Shown here: positions 29,943 to 39,984 of the stretch, piece by piece
Layout: every line of letters starts with the position of its first letter
Position numbering within the stretch: the first letter of the stretch is position 1
From: Ostreococcus lucimarinus
Taxonomy: Eukaryota
Length of the DNA: 64,000 nucleotides
Direction: 5' to 3' (one strand)
Assembly (NCBI GenBank): GCA_000092065.1
Contig: CP000590.1
Program-made: the position numbers and the translations under genes
Notes under the pieces: model-generated
Databases searched by the model: none
Told to the model about the DNA's origin: nothing
The model's input: the letters and a program-made list of their open reading frames with translations, nothing else

Positions 29943-31352
29943 TCATCGAGCGTCTAGCTTTTCACGAATCGCGCGCACGACCTCTTCCGCATTCGCCTTC
30001 GCGGACACTTTCCCAGCATCGATTGTATCCGGAATTGGGGCGGGAAACGGCGGAAGGAAACTCAAACCGGCTAAATTTTGTGCCCACTTGTACGGCTTGG
30101 CGTTGGATGGCGCGCACGAAGCGTCAAACGTAAAATTGGGTGCCACCACGGCGACGGCGTGATTCGGCATCTCAGACCCGTCGTCATCTGGAAACAATTC
30201 TCCGAGAAATTTCTCATCTTCCGGTTTCGATGACACGACGACGACGTGTAATTTCGTGAGATAGGTGAAGAAAACTTTCGTAGCACCAAAGCCGACCTCG
30301 ACTCGGAGTGGATGTTCCTCATATAACGACGACGACGCACTCGCCGCTTGCCGCCCGCCCCTCGCTTTCCGCTTTTTGCTTCTACGATTATTCTCAGCAC
30401 CTTCGTCCACGAGTTCGCCCTCCTCTTCGCTTGCCTTTTTCTGCTTGAAATTTTGCGCGTCGTCGATTCTCCCCACCAGTTCGACTTTGATTTCCTCTTC
30501 GTTCTGCTGCAAGTGCTTCAACTGCGCGTACAGCACGTGCAACGGCACTGGAAGTAGTCCGATCCGCGCGTCGAGATCTTCCGTGCTCGCGTACGCGAGA
30601 TCAAACATTCGCCTCAACGGTTCGGCAGATTTGCGCACATTCGTCATCGTCGCCTCTAAACTCCCCCCCAACAGCTTCTTCTTCTCCGCTACCTGTTGTT
30701 GTAACGCCGCTAACTCCGCTTTCAACGCGTTTTGTTCCTCTACCATCTCCCTCCGCACGATGAGCTCGTGCGCTAACCGTCGCGTCATCAGTTCGTATTC
30801 GTCCCGCGGCTTCTTCGTCGGCAAACCGCGTCTCTTGGCGTCCGCCTCGTACTCCTTCAATTCCATCAACTCGATCCCTCCCGCGCTCACTCCCCCACCA
30901 CTTCCCTCTGCATCCGCGTGTCGCTTCAGCGCGCTCTCTCGCCACGCTGTCTCGTACGCCACCGTCGCCGCGCGCACTCGCGCCGGGTCCGTTTCCTTGT
31001 CCCGCCGCCGCGTCCCCGCCTTGAGGTATTCCAGTCCCATCAACGCTCGCCTCTGCGCCGTTCGCACGCTCGCGAGCGTCTTCATGCACGTCTCTACGGT
31101 AGGTTTACGCGCATCGCTCGTCTTCGTTCCCTCTTCGACGAGCTGCGCGACGTTTTCGCGCAATTCTTGCGTGAGCTCTTGAATCAGCTCAAACTGTGCT
31201 TCGGTGCTCTCGGGCGTCGCATCCTCGGCGTTGGGCGCGGGCGAGGGCGCGCCGACGCGCGAAGGGACGTCGAGAGACGTCGTCGTGCGATGGGCGGCGA
31301 CGGGGGAGGTTGGTTCGCTCGGTGCGCTCGCGGCGCGCTTGCGCGGCGGCAT
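29943..31352 (-). CDS. Conserved coiled-coil protein of unknown function; a weak, unverified guess is a THO-complex subunit 5 / Fms-interacting-protein-like protein
   Basis: 469-aa ORF with typical codon usage: disordered N-terminus, central heptad-repeat region, C-terminal globular part (LYEEHPLRVEVGFGATKVFFTYLTKLHVVVV...PYKWAQNLAG). No signature motif recognised. Confidence 0.4.
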   Translation of the reverse strand: MPPRKRAASAPSEPTSPVAAHRTTTSLDVPSRVGAPSPAPNAEDATPESTEAQFELIQELTQELRENVAQLVEEGTKTSDARKPTVETCMKTLASVRTAQRRALMGLEYLKAGTRRRDKETDPARVRAATVAYETAWRESALKRHADAEGSGGGVSAGGIELMELKEYEADAKRRGLPTKKPRDEYELMTRRLAHELIVRREMVEEQNALKAELAALQQQVAEKKKLLGGSLEATMTNVRKSAEPLRRMFDLAYASTEDLDARIGLLPVPLHVLYAQLKHLQQNEEEIKVELVGRIDDAQNFKQKKASEEEGELVDEGAENNRRSKKRKARGGRQAASASSSLYEEHPLRVEVGFGATKVFFTYLTKLHVVVVSSKPEDEKFLGELFPDDDGSEMPNHAVAVVAPNFTFDASCAPSNAKPYKWAQNLAGLSFLPPFPAPIPDTIDAGKVSAKANAEEVVRAIREKLDAR

Positions 31353-31451
31353 CGCGCTTCGCGAAGTGCGGGCGGCGCGCGCGGCGAATGTTGGTTTGAC
31401 CGAGATTGGTCGATTCGTAATGATAATGATACACGTCTACGTCGAATGCAA

Positions 31452-33059
31452 CTAGTCTTGATCTTCGTCGTCGTAATTATCGTCGCCGTCGTCGTCGTCG
31501 AGCGCGCGCGCGCGTAAGTCTTCGGTCTCCATGCGACTGCGCCGGCGCGATACGCGACGATGGGACTTGGTCTCGAGCTTGGCCTCGGTGCGCGTCGCGT
31601 CCTTGCCCGCCGCGGATTTAGTTTTCGTTCGCGATTCTCGACCGGACGCCATGCGTTCGGTGTCGGCGATCTGCTTGACCTCTTCGAACAGGTCGTAGTA
31701 TAAATCGTAGCGACGCTCTTCCCAGCACTCGTCGACGACGACGCATCCGGGCTCGTGACGATGGGTGCAGTCGGAAAACTGGCATCGCGCGTCAGAGCTC
31801 GCGAGGGCGTCGCGAATCTCGGGAAAACACATCGCGAGCTTGTCGGTGTCAAAGCCTTCGAGGGAAGGGTAGCCGAACCCTGGTGTGTCCGCGAGGAAAC
31901 CACCGACGTCGAGTCGAAGCAAGCTGACGTGCCGCGTCGTGTGTTTACCTCGACCGCTTCGCGTGCCCACGCCCTTGACGGATTGTAAATCTAAGTTTGA
32001 CAGATCACTGCGCCACTTTTCATCCTCGATCGAGCGGCTTCCACGCTTGATGCCCCCGCCTCCACCGCCTTCTATGTCCATGTCGGTGATATATTTAGCA
32101 TCCGGCGAGTCGCCGTCGCCTCGCTCCGAAGATGCCGATGAGGATTCCACGCTCTCGAGCGCACCGGCTAAAGCGCTACCGAAGCGAAATCTATTGATGA
32201 GCGAGCTTTTACCCACACCACTGGGGCCCGCCAAGACGGTGGTCTTGCCTCGCAGCGCCTCCTCGAGCTCCTCCACGCCTTGACCCGTGGCGACGGAGAT
32301 GACCTTGGCGTCGTATCCCCAACTCTCTAACCGCGCGCGCCAATCCGCGACTTCGACTTCGCTCAACAATTCGCATTTATTCAATACCAAAGTAAACGGC
32401 ACCTTGGTCGCCTCCATGCTCACTAAGAACCGCGTCAATTGTTTCACCTCGAGAGGCGGCTGCTCGAGCGCGAAGACCAAAAGCGCCTGGTCAACGTTCG
32501 CAATCGGCGGTTCAACGAGTTCACTTCGCCGCCCAACGACGTCATCAATCATACCCCGACTTTGCACCCAATCTACACCGCTCAGCACGACCTCGTCACC
32601 AACGAGCACACGCTTTTTAATCTTCTTCAACAGCGCTCGAGCGACGCACAACAGCTCCGTCGTTCGATCCTCCTCGGCTAGCATCGCCTCCAATCGCTCC
32701 ACGTCTTCCCTCGCCCCCGCTTCGCTCGCCCGCATTTTCGCCTCTTCGAGCTGTCGCTTCCTATCTTCATCGTGCGCACCGACGACGACGTCACCATCGA
32801 CGACGACGCGCAGAAAGTTGGCTTGCGCCGTCACCACCGTCCCCGTCAGCGGCGTCCCGTCCGCGTCTCCGGCGCTCGACGCCGTCGTCAGCGCGCGCGC
32901 GCCGTGCGCAGCGTGTCTCACGAATGCACTCGCCGTCCGCGCCGTCCGCACGCGCGCGCGCATCGCTCGCGCGAGCCGCACCGACGCCATTTCGCTCGCG
33001 AAGCGCCGCATGCTCGACTCACTTTTAGAGCGACGTCGACGCGGCTGGCGTCGCCGCAC
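31452..33059 (-). CDS. rsgA: Circularly permuted ribosome-biogenesis GTPase RsgA/YjeQ, organelle-targeted, with low-complexity insertions
   Basis: OB-fold N-terminus (GTVVTAQANFLRVVV...); permuted GTPase order LVLNKCEL (G4) ... GPSGVGKSSLIN (G1) ... DTPGFG (G3); C-terminal zinc motif CQFSDCTHRHEPGC. Confidence 0.8.
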   Translation of the reverse strand: MRRRQPRRRRSKSESSMRRFASEMASVRLARAMRARVRTARTASAFVRHAAHGARALTTASSAGDADGTPLTGTVVTAQANFLRVVVDGDVVVGAHDEDRKRQLEEAKMRASEAGAREDVERLEAMLAEEDRTTELLCVARALLKKIKKRVLVGDEVVLSGVDWVQSRGMIDDVVGRRSELVEPPIANVDQALLVFALEQPPLEVKQLTRFLVSMEATKVPFTLVLNKCELLSEVEVADWRARLESWGYDAKVISVATGQGVEELEEALRGKTTVLAGPSGVGKSSLINRFRFGSALAGALESVESSSASSERGDGDSPDAKYITDMDIEGGGGGGIKRGSRSIEDEKWRSDLSNLDLQSVKGVGTRSGRGKHTTRHVSLLRLDVGGFLADTPGFGYPSLEGFDTDKLAMCFPEIRDALASSDARCQFSDCTHRHEPGCVVVDECWEERRYDLYYDLFEEVKQIADTERMASGRESRTKTKSAAGKDATRTEAKLETKSHRRVSRRRSRMETEDLRARALDDDDGDDNYDDEDQD

Positions 33060-33401
33060 GCGCGAAATCGCGCGTCACACGACGCGCACGCGCGACGCGA
33101 ACACCCGCGCGTCGTTCGAAGCGGCCTCCCTCGACGGTGATGGTCGACGCGCGCGGAGGAGTGCGGTGCGGGTCGCGCGTCGACGAACGCGCGTCGGCGG
33201 GCGGCGAGCGGCGCGAACCGTCCCGCGCGGAGGCGAAGCGATGCGCGACGCGACGCGCGAAATGTACTGATGATCGTTGTTAAACGCTACTATTCTTCTT
33301 CTCAACTCAGCTTTAAATGTAATTTAATGTGGTGGGTTCGTGAATAATGCGAGCGAGCGTCTCGACTCGCGCCGCCGCGCGCCTCTGGAGTCTTCGCTTA
33401 T

Positions 33402-34189
33402 TTAAAATCCGTTCTTTTTTTGGAACTTTTGGATCGCGTCGAGCGCCATCAGAGTGAGCATGGCGTGCGGAGCGATTCGAACGTAATACGTCGGGAAACC
33501 GGTGTAAAACTTGAGCGGACCGCCGCTCGCCATGGTTTTCCCGCAGCAGTCCATGAAGCCTTTGAACGGCATCGTGCCATCCGGGTTCGGCTTTTGCTTT
33601 TGCAATTGCGTCTTGACGTAATCGAACGGCAAAGAGAAGAAGGAGGCGAAGAAACCGGCGATAGAGGCCGCGCCGAGCGTGGCCGGGAAACCGGTGATCT
33701 GGTTCGCCGCCATCATTTCCTTGGCTTGGTCGTTCGACGCGAGCATGCCCATGTTCAACGCCATCGCGCGAATGCTCGTCGTCCCGGCGCCGGTGAATAA
33801 TCCGCCGACACCATCCTTCTTCACGATGTCCACCAAAGCGTGCGCGACGCCTTTATAGTTGCGACGCTGATCCGGCGGCAACGTACCGTCCGCTTGCATG
33901 CGAATGAGCGACAAATCCGCCGGCGAACCGACGATGGCGCCCAAACCGCCCGCCGCCAGCCCCGCGCCCGCCTTTTGCGCCAGCGACAAGTTCTCACCCT
34001 TATTCGATTCCTTCAGCGCGTTGACGAATTGCGAGTGCAACCCCAATCGCGCCGTCGTGTACGTCGCCTGTCTCAGCAAGCCCGCGGACAATCCGGTGTA
34101 CAGCGCGCCGAAGCCTTCGTTCTTCACGATCGCCGCCGCCGTCCCGATCGGTCCCCCCGTCGACCCGAGTTGCAATCGAACCTTGATGA
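33402..34189 (-). CDS. Mitochondrial 2-oxoglutarate/malate (dicarboxylate-tricarboxylate) carrier, exon 2. The track ORF starts at a TTG; the real acceptor is the cag at 34190-34192.
   Basis: Three mitochondrial-carrier repeats (PADLSLIRMQADG, PFDYVKTQLQ). The splice gives ...ATCVIQPLD|IIKVRLQLGSTGG..., matching the OGC pattern QPLDLVKNRMQL. Confidence 0.85.
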
Positions 34190-34366
34190 CTGTCGTCCCA
34201 CCGCGTCGCTCGCCTCTCCGTCAGTCTTTCCCGCGTCCCTCTCGCGCCGCGCCGCGTCTCGTCCTTCGTTTTCCATCGTCTTCTCGCGCCCATCGTCATC
34301 ATCAATCATCATCGCGCGTCGTCCCATCGCCAGGTCTTCGTCGCGCGCGTCGCGTCGCCGACGCAC

Positions 34367-34460
34367 TGTCTAACGGCTGAATCACGCACGTGGCGCCCAT
34401 GCCGGACAAACCACCGTTCATGTACGGCTTCACCGCGCGCCACACCGCGTTATCCGACAT
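34367..34460 (-). CDS. Mitochondrial 2-oxoglutarate carrier, exon 1 (MSDNAVWRAVKPYMNGGLSGMGATCVIQPLD, phase-1 donor GTGCGT at 34366; intron 34190..34366, 177 nt)
   Basis: The N-terminal carrier motif is found in a separate frame and ORF (34302..34769). GACTGAC branch motif about 35 nt before the acceptor. Confidence 0.8.
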
Positions 34461-34709
34461 CGTCGTCGTCGTCGCGTCGCGCGATGGCGTCGTCGCCGCC
34501 TCAGCGCGCGACTCGTGGCTGGCAGACAGAGTAGGGTTTAGGGTTGATCTCGACGGGTCGTGACTCGCGCGGGGGGGTCGGTGTTCCAAACTGAGACTAA
34601 AAGAGACACACGGACACAGACGCGCGACGCGAGGGATCGCGCGCGCGCGACGCGCGGCGGTCACGCGCGGACGCGCGCGGATCGAGACGCGCGCCGACGG
34701 ACGCGCGCG

Positions 34710-36251
34710 ATGGTGCTGAATGACCTCGGGAATAAAATCGCGAGCGCGCTGCGATCGCTGAACGCGCACGTCGTCGTGGATGAGGAATTACTCGACGCGT
34801 GCCTGAAGGACATCACGAACGCGCTGCTCGCGAGCGACGTCGCGGTGCCGCTCGTGGTGCGAATGAAGAAGAACATCGTGCGAGAGGTGGATTTGGATAA
34901 CATGGCGAGCGGGATGAACGCGAAAAAGGTGCTGGAGCGGGCGGTGTTCAAGGAGCTGACGGCGCTGCTGAACGGGGGCGGGGACGCGAGCGGGACGAAG
35001 ACGAGCGGGACGAAGACGAGCGGGACGTGGACGCCGAAGAAAGGGAAACGGAACGTGGTGATGTTCGTCGGATTGCAGGGGGCGGGGAAGACGACGACGT
35101 GCACGAAGTTTGCGCATTATTACGCGAAGAAGGGGTTTAAACCATCGTTGGTGTGCGCGGATACGTTTCGAGCGGGGGCGTTTGACCAGTTAAAACAAAA
35201 CGCGACCAAGGCGAAGATTCCGTTTTACGGGAGCTACACCGAGAGCGATCCGGCGACGATCGCGGCGGCTGGGGTGAAGCGGTTTGAAGAGGAAAAATCG
35301 GACCTCATCATCGTCGATACGTCGGGGAGACATAAACAAGAAGAGGCGTTGTTCGAGGAGATGCGAGAAATCGCGAGCGTCACGGAACCGACGATGACGA
35401 TTTTCGTGATGGATAGTTCCATAGGTCAGTCAGCGTCGGATCAAGCGAAAGCGTTCGCGAGCACGGTTGACGTCGGTGGAGTGATTATGACCAAACTTGA
35501 CGGTCACGCCAAGGGCGGGGGCGCGATCTCGGCGGTGAGCGAAACCAAGGCGCCGATTTTATTCATCGGTACTGGAGAACACATCGGCGAGCTCGAAGCG
35601 TTCGAGACGACGTCTTTCGTCAGTAAATTGTTAGGAATGGGAGATATCAAAGGTTTAGTCGAAAAGATGAACGAAATCGTCCCCGAAGAGAGCGCGGAGA
35701 AGCTTATGGAGGCGTTCGGGAGCGGCACGTTTACGATGCGCCTTCTTTACGAACAGTTTCAAAACTTGCAAAACATGGGTCCCATTTCGTCCATCATGAG
35801 CATGGTGCCCGGAATGGCGGACATGATTCCCAAGGGCGGCGAAGAGCAAGGCACGAAGCGCATGAAGTCGATGATGGTGTTGATGGATTCGATGACGGAT
35901 GCCGAGCTCGACGCCCCCAACGCTTCCAAAATTTTCAACGTCAAGCGCATGGAGCGCGTCTGTCGCGGCGCTGGTCGCTTACCGTCAGAGATGATCACCC
36001 TGCTCGAAGAACATAAACGTTTGGGTAAGATGATGGGCAAGATGAAAGGCATCAAAATGCCCGGCGCCGGCGGCGCGCGCGGACGAGGCAACCCCCAAGC
36101 GATGCAACAACAAATGTCCCAAATGGCCAACGCGCTTCCGCCCGACATGCTTCGCATGATGGGTGGACAGCAAGGCATGATGAACATGATGAAACAATTC
36201 GAGGGCATGGATCCGAAGGCGATGCAGGGCATGATGAAAGGAATGATGTAA
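34710..36251 (+). CDS. SRP54: Signal recognition particle 54-kDa protein (cytosolic SRP54)
   Basis: MVLNDLGNKIASALRSL N-domain; GLQGAGKTTTC; DTSGRH; TKLDGHAKGGGAIS; Met-rich M-domain (MQQQMSQM...MMGGQQGMMNMMKQ). Confidence 0.92.
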   Translation: MVLNDLGNKIASALRSLNAHVVVDEELLDACLKDITNALLASDVAVPLVVRMKKNIVREVDLDNMASGMNAKKVLERAVFKELTALLNGGGDASGTKTSGTKTSGTWTPKKGKRNVVMFVGLQGAGKTTTCTKFAHYYAKKGFKPSLVCADTFRAGAFDQLKQNATKAKIPFYGSYTESDPATIAAAGVKRFEEEKSDLIIVDTSGRHKQEEALFEEMREIASVTEPTMTIFVMDSSIGQSASDQAKAFASTVDVGGVIMTKLDGHAKGGGAISAVSETKAPILFIGTGEHIGELEAFETTSFVSKLLGMGDIKGLVEKMNEIVPEESAEKLMEAFGSGTFTMRLLYEQFQNLQNMGPISSIMSMVPGMADMIPKGGEEQGTKRMKSMMVLMDSMTDAELDAPNASKIFNVKRMERVCRGAGRLPSEMITLLEEHKRLGKMMGKMKGIKMPGAGGARGRGNPQAMQQQMSQMANALPPDMLRMMGGQQGMMNMMKQFEGMDPKAMQGMMKGMM

Positions 36252-36311
36252 TCCGATTGACAATTCTTGTAGTTTCCGCGTCGCCGACGCCACAACGCGT
36301 CCCGAAGCGCC

Positions 36312-37394
36312 ATGCTCGCCCCTGCCCATCGCGCTCTGGCGCGCGCCATCCGCGACGCGCGGCGACCGTTCGTTCGCGCCTTCGCCACCGGTGAGAAATC
36401 CGCGATCGCGTCGGCGATCAACGAGATAACGAGCCCGCGCGAACTCGACGAAATCGTCCCCGCGTCCCACACCACCGCCATCGTCTTCGACTTTTACGCC
36501 GACTGGTGCGGGCCCTGCAAGCAGCTCACGCCCACGCTCGAGCGCATCATCAAAGAGCGATACCCGAAGGTGGCGCTGGTGAAGTTGAACGCCGATGCGC
36601 CCGCGCTGGCGCCGGTGATGGAACAATTGAGAATCAGCTCGCTGCCGACGGTGATGGGGCTGTCGCGCGGACGCTTCGTCGATCAATTTAAAGGCGCGAT
36701 CGGCGAGAGCGACGTGGTGAAGTTCGTCGATGGATTGATTCGTGACTTAGAGCTCGACGATGGGGCGACGGGGGAAGACGAGGAGGTGGGAGAGGAAGAC
36801 GGGGACGCGGCGGCGACGCGAGAGGACGCGGTGGCGGCGACGTTCGCGGCGACGTTCGCGGCTGACGCGACGACGAGAGAACGCATCGCGAAGACGTTGA
36901 GTGAAGTGATAAATGCGAAAGAAAATATCGGACCGGAGTTAAAGTGTCGAGCGCTCGCGGCGAGCGCGATGTTGGCGATACGAGGGGACGCGCCGGACGA
37001 GGAGGGAGCGAGACGACTCGTCGACGCCGGAAGAGGATTAGTCAAGGGATTCGCGGAGCCGCGAGAGTTGGCGTGCGCCGAGGCGTGGATTGGGTTGGTG
37101 AGCGACATCAAAATGTTCGGCGTGTCGACCGATGTCGGCGCTCTCGAAGCCGTGCACGAGGCTGAACCGAAGAATTTTGACGCCGTGCGCGCGCTCGCGT
37201 TGGCTCGCTTCGCAAGCGGCGACCAATCGGGCGCGTTCGACGTCGCTTTGCTCGCGGTGAAAGCTGGATTCGGAGCGAACGAGATCAGAGAGGAGGGTAA
37301 AAAATTAGTCGTCCAGCTCATCAGCGCGTGCGCGCCCGGTGACCCGCTCGCGGAGGCTACTCGCAAGCGACTCGCGAGCGCCTGGTTCATTTAA
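36312..37394 (+). CDS. Organelle-targeted thioredoxin-domain protein with a TPR-like C-terminal domain (YbbN/CnoX-like)
   Basis: Thioredoxin fold with a WCGPC active site (FDFYADWCGPCKQLTP...SSLPTV) preceded by a presequence. The helical C-terminal half is as in bacterial YbbN. Confidence 0.65.
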   Translation: MLAPAHRALARAIRDARRPFVRAFATGEKSAIASAINEITSPRELDEIVPASHTTAIVFDFYADWCGPCKQLTPTLERIIKERYPKVALVKLNADAPALAPVMEQLRISSLPTVMGLSRGRFVDQFKGAIGESDVVKFVDGLIRDLELDDGATGEDEEVGEEDGDAAATREDAVAATFAATFAADATTRERIAKTLSEVINAKENIGPELKCRALAASAMLAIRGDAPDEEGARRLVDAGRGLVKGFAEPRELACAEAWIGLVSDIKMFGVSTDVGALEAVHEAEPKNFDAVRALALARFASGDQSGAFDVALLAVKAGFGANEIREEGKKLVVQLISACAPGDPLAEATRKRLASAWFI

Positions 37395-37434
37395 ATTTGT
37401 TACACTTCAATTCATCATTTTTTTACAACACTCA

Positions 37435-39093
37435 TCAAGCCTCTGCGACGCGAAGGCGCGCGTCGTTTCTTCGTCCAACCATCGGACCTTCGTTCAACCA
37501 CTTCTCGACTTGCCCAACGATGATGGCGCGCGCCTCGACGAGGGCATCCGTGTCGGTGTCCTTGGGTGGATGCGTCCAAGCGTGATGACTGGCGCCCTTG
37601 ACGATCAACGCGGGTTCAAATCTCGGTGCAAACGTATCGGAAACGAAACTGTTTGCGATCCAAGGGTCGATACTTCCAGATGGAAACATGATGCGCGTGC
37701 CACCTGGGGTGATGCTCCCGTAGCGCGCGTTCGAACGCTCCACCGCCAGCCTTGTTTGTTCGGCGCTGACGCCGAAGACGTCGGCGCAAATTTTGTGATA
37801 CGCCTCTAAAGGCATGGTCGGAGGATCGAGCTTAAATGGGCACTTCGAACTTTTTTCGCACGTTTGGAAGAAGGCGAACTCGGTGCACGTCTGCCAAGTC
37901 CACTGTCGCTCACCCTCGCCCTTCGGATTTGGAATTTCACTCTTCAATTCGCGCATATACGCTTCAGAATCGAGCGACACGCATTCGCCGCGAAACACCG
38001 CGGCAACGTGCGCGGCGAGCGCAGCGAGTTTGTCCTCTCCGTGAGACGTCATGATTGTGCACGCCTTGGCGATGTTAAAGCACGAATCATCGTCGGCTAA
38101 GCACGACGGATCGTTATTTTGCGCGGGAAACATCGCTCGGAGGACGTCGGCGAAATCGTCCCTCGCGCCGACGCCGTCCAACGCCTCGTCGCCGCACACA
38201 TTGAACTGCTTTTCTAATGCCCGACGACCGCTCGATGTTTTCAAAGCCTCGTTCAAACGTACGGTAAACGCGTTCTCTACCGCGGTGTAACACGCGTCGC
38301 TCCCGCCCACGTCCTTTTCTCGCAACGCGTCGCCGACGACTTCGTAGTATCCGCGCATGTCAATTTGCGCTCGCACCGGCGCCGAACTCGCGACAGCGGC
38401 GTGAAATACGTGAGGAAACTTCACCCGCGACCAAGCGGCGAGCATGCCCGGATACGATCCCCCGAAAGCGATCACCTTACTGTACTTCCTCCCGTCGTTC
38501 CGCGGTTCGATTTCCAATCCGTACGCCGCCGCCGCGAACCTCGTAAACGTCACCAAATCCTCCAACGCCTGCGCGCTGCTCAAAAACCGCAGCGACTCGA
38601 CGCTTAAATCCCCCGTCGGTTGACTTTTCCCATAAAATCGATGTTCCAGCGCGAAGAACAACCCTCGATGCTTCTTCGCGAGCGCCGTCGCGATGGCGCA
38701 GTGCTCGCCCCCGTCCACCGCGACGTCGACGTCCAACGCCGGTCCTTCGCCGCCGACGCACACGAACACCGGCGCGCCGCGTTCCGCGCTCGCGTACGCA
38801 TCGTTCACGAAGTAACGCTGCGTCCAGCTCGCGTTCAGCGCGTTATCAAAGTGATCGAGTCGTTGTTCGGCGAACCAGCGCTCGTGCGCGCCGATCGATG
38901 TTCGCGCCGATGCGTCGTGACCACCGCCTATTCCGCGTCGAATCGCGCGCGCGCGCAGCGCGTCGACGCGCCATCGCGCGTTGACCGATATCGCGTCGCA
39001 CGACGCCGCGGAAAGCGCGAGCGCGAGCGACAGCGCGGCGACGACGCGCATGATTTGACGCGATCGAACGACGCGTCGTCGAGTGACGCGCAC
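37435..39093 (-). CDS. Serine carboxypeptidase of the S28 family (prolylcarboxypeptidase/DPP7-like) with an N-terminal signal peptide; alternative start 39051
   Basis: RWFAEQRLDHFD...WTQRYFVNDAY...PVFVCVGGEGP...AFGGSYPGMLAAW (GxSxG nucleophile) is the S28 arrangement. Confidence 0.8.
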   Translation of the reverse strand: MRVTRRRVVRSRQIMRVVAALSLALALSAASCDAISVNARWRVDALRARAIRRGIGGGHDASARTSIGAHERWFAEQRLDHFDNALNASWTQRYFVNDAYASAERGAPVFVCVGGEGPALDVDVAVDGGEHCAIATALAKKHRGLFFALEHRFYGKSQPTGDLSVESLRFLSSAQALEDLVTFTRFAAAAYGLEIEPRNDGRKYSKVIAFGGSYPGMLAAWSRVKFPHVFHAAVASSAPVRAQIDMRGYYEVVGDALREKDVGGSDACYTAVENAFTVRLNEALKTSSGRRALEKQFNVCGDEALDGVGARDDFADVLRAMFPAQNNDPSCLADDDSCFNIAKACTIMTSHGEDKLAALAAHVAAVFRGECVSLDSEAYMRELKSEIPNPKGEGERQWTWQTCTEFAFFQTCEKSSKCPFKLDPPTMPLEAYHKICADVFGVSAEQTRLAVERSNARYGSITPGGTRIMFPSGSIDPWIANSFVSDTFAPRFEPALIVKGASHHAWTHPPKDTDTDALVEARAIIVGQVEKWLNEGPMVGRRNDARLRVAEA

Positions 39094-39173
39094 AACCCGA
39101 CGCGCGCGTCGCCGCGTCGACGTCGAAGGACCGGCGGAAGGGTGGAAAATAATTTACGCGCGCGCGCGCGACG

Positions 39174-39911
39174 ATGTCGAGGCGAAGAGGCGCGGGCGCG
39201 AGGACGCGGACGAAGGATGGTGAAGCCGACGCGAGAAAAACGCTCACGGGAAAAACGCTCACGGGACAGACGATGGAATCGCTCACGGATCGCGCGTTCG
39301 CGTACGGGTTCGTCCCGCCGGTGGTGGAGGAATACTTTTTCCGCGGTGGACACCGCAGGGCGCGGTGCGCGCCGCTCGACGCGGGAGTGACGGCGGATGC
39401 GGACGGCGCGAACGCCGGCGAGGAGGCGCCGGAGGAGGACGCGGCGACGCGCGCGGCGATTCGGAGGTTGAATCGAGCGATCATGGCGAGTTGGCGAGAC
39501 GATGGCGACGGTGCTTACGAACCTGATGTTAAGGATGAGTGGACTCGGGTGAAATACGAGTTCGGGGAAGCGTGTGAGGCGGATGACGGTGGAGAGGAGG
39601 AGGATCCCGAGAGCGAGACGGCGCGAGAGCGTCGGTGCGCAAACCGATTGATGGATATGGTGGAAAAGGATGTGCACGCGTGCGTGCCGGCGCTGGAGAT
39701 GATGCAAAGGATGGATCAAAATATAGATGCGTTTGAGGCGTTCGTGGACGATATGGAGCGACGGTTCGCGCTCGGGACGTTACCTAAAAGAGACGTGCTC
39801 GGGGACAAGTATTTGTTTCGATGGCGCTTCTTCGTGCTGAGCGTCTTCGTCCTCTGCATCGCAATCGCGGTCGGTGTCGCGCGTTCGCTCGCTCGGTTGA
39901 TTTTCGGTTGA
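39174..39911 (+). CDS. Hypothetical tail-anchored protein (acidic cytosolic domain, single C-terminal TM helix); alternative start 39273
   Basis: C-terminal FRWRFFVLSVFVLCIAIAVGVARSLARLIFG hydrophobic segment. No recognisable catalytic motif. Confidence 0.4.
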   Translation: MSRRRGAGARTRTKDGEADARKTLTGKTLTGQTMESLTDRAFAYGFVPPVVEEYFFRGGHRRARCAPLDAGVTADADGANAGEEAPEEDAATRAAIRRLNRAIMASWRDDGDGAYEPDVKDEWTRVKYEFGEACEADDGGEEEDPESETARERRCANRLMDMVEKDVHACVPALEMMQRMDQNIDAFEAFVDDMERRFALGTLPKRDVLGDKYLFRWRFFVLSVFVLCIAIAVGVARSLARLIFG

Positions 39912-39984
39912 TTTTGTGAGCGCGTAAATTTTTCATGCGTAACTTTTTCGTAACAATTTCATCGTTTAATTAAAGTCGTTTCGT

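Noticed and set aside
33402-34175. Track start codons at TTG, for example the carrier ORF beginning MQLGS at 34175 and the 50281..50502 ORF
   Set aside because: The DNA at those positions is TTG, not ATG, so the ORF finder uses bacterial alternative starts. In this eukaryote the carrier's real 5' end is an upstream exon (34367..34460) joined by a 177-nt intron.
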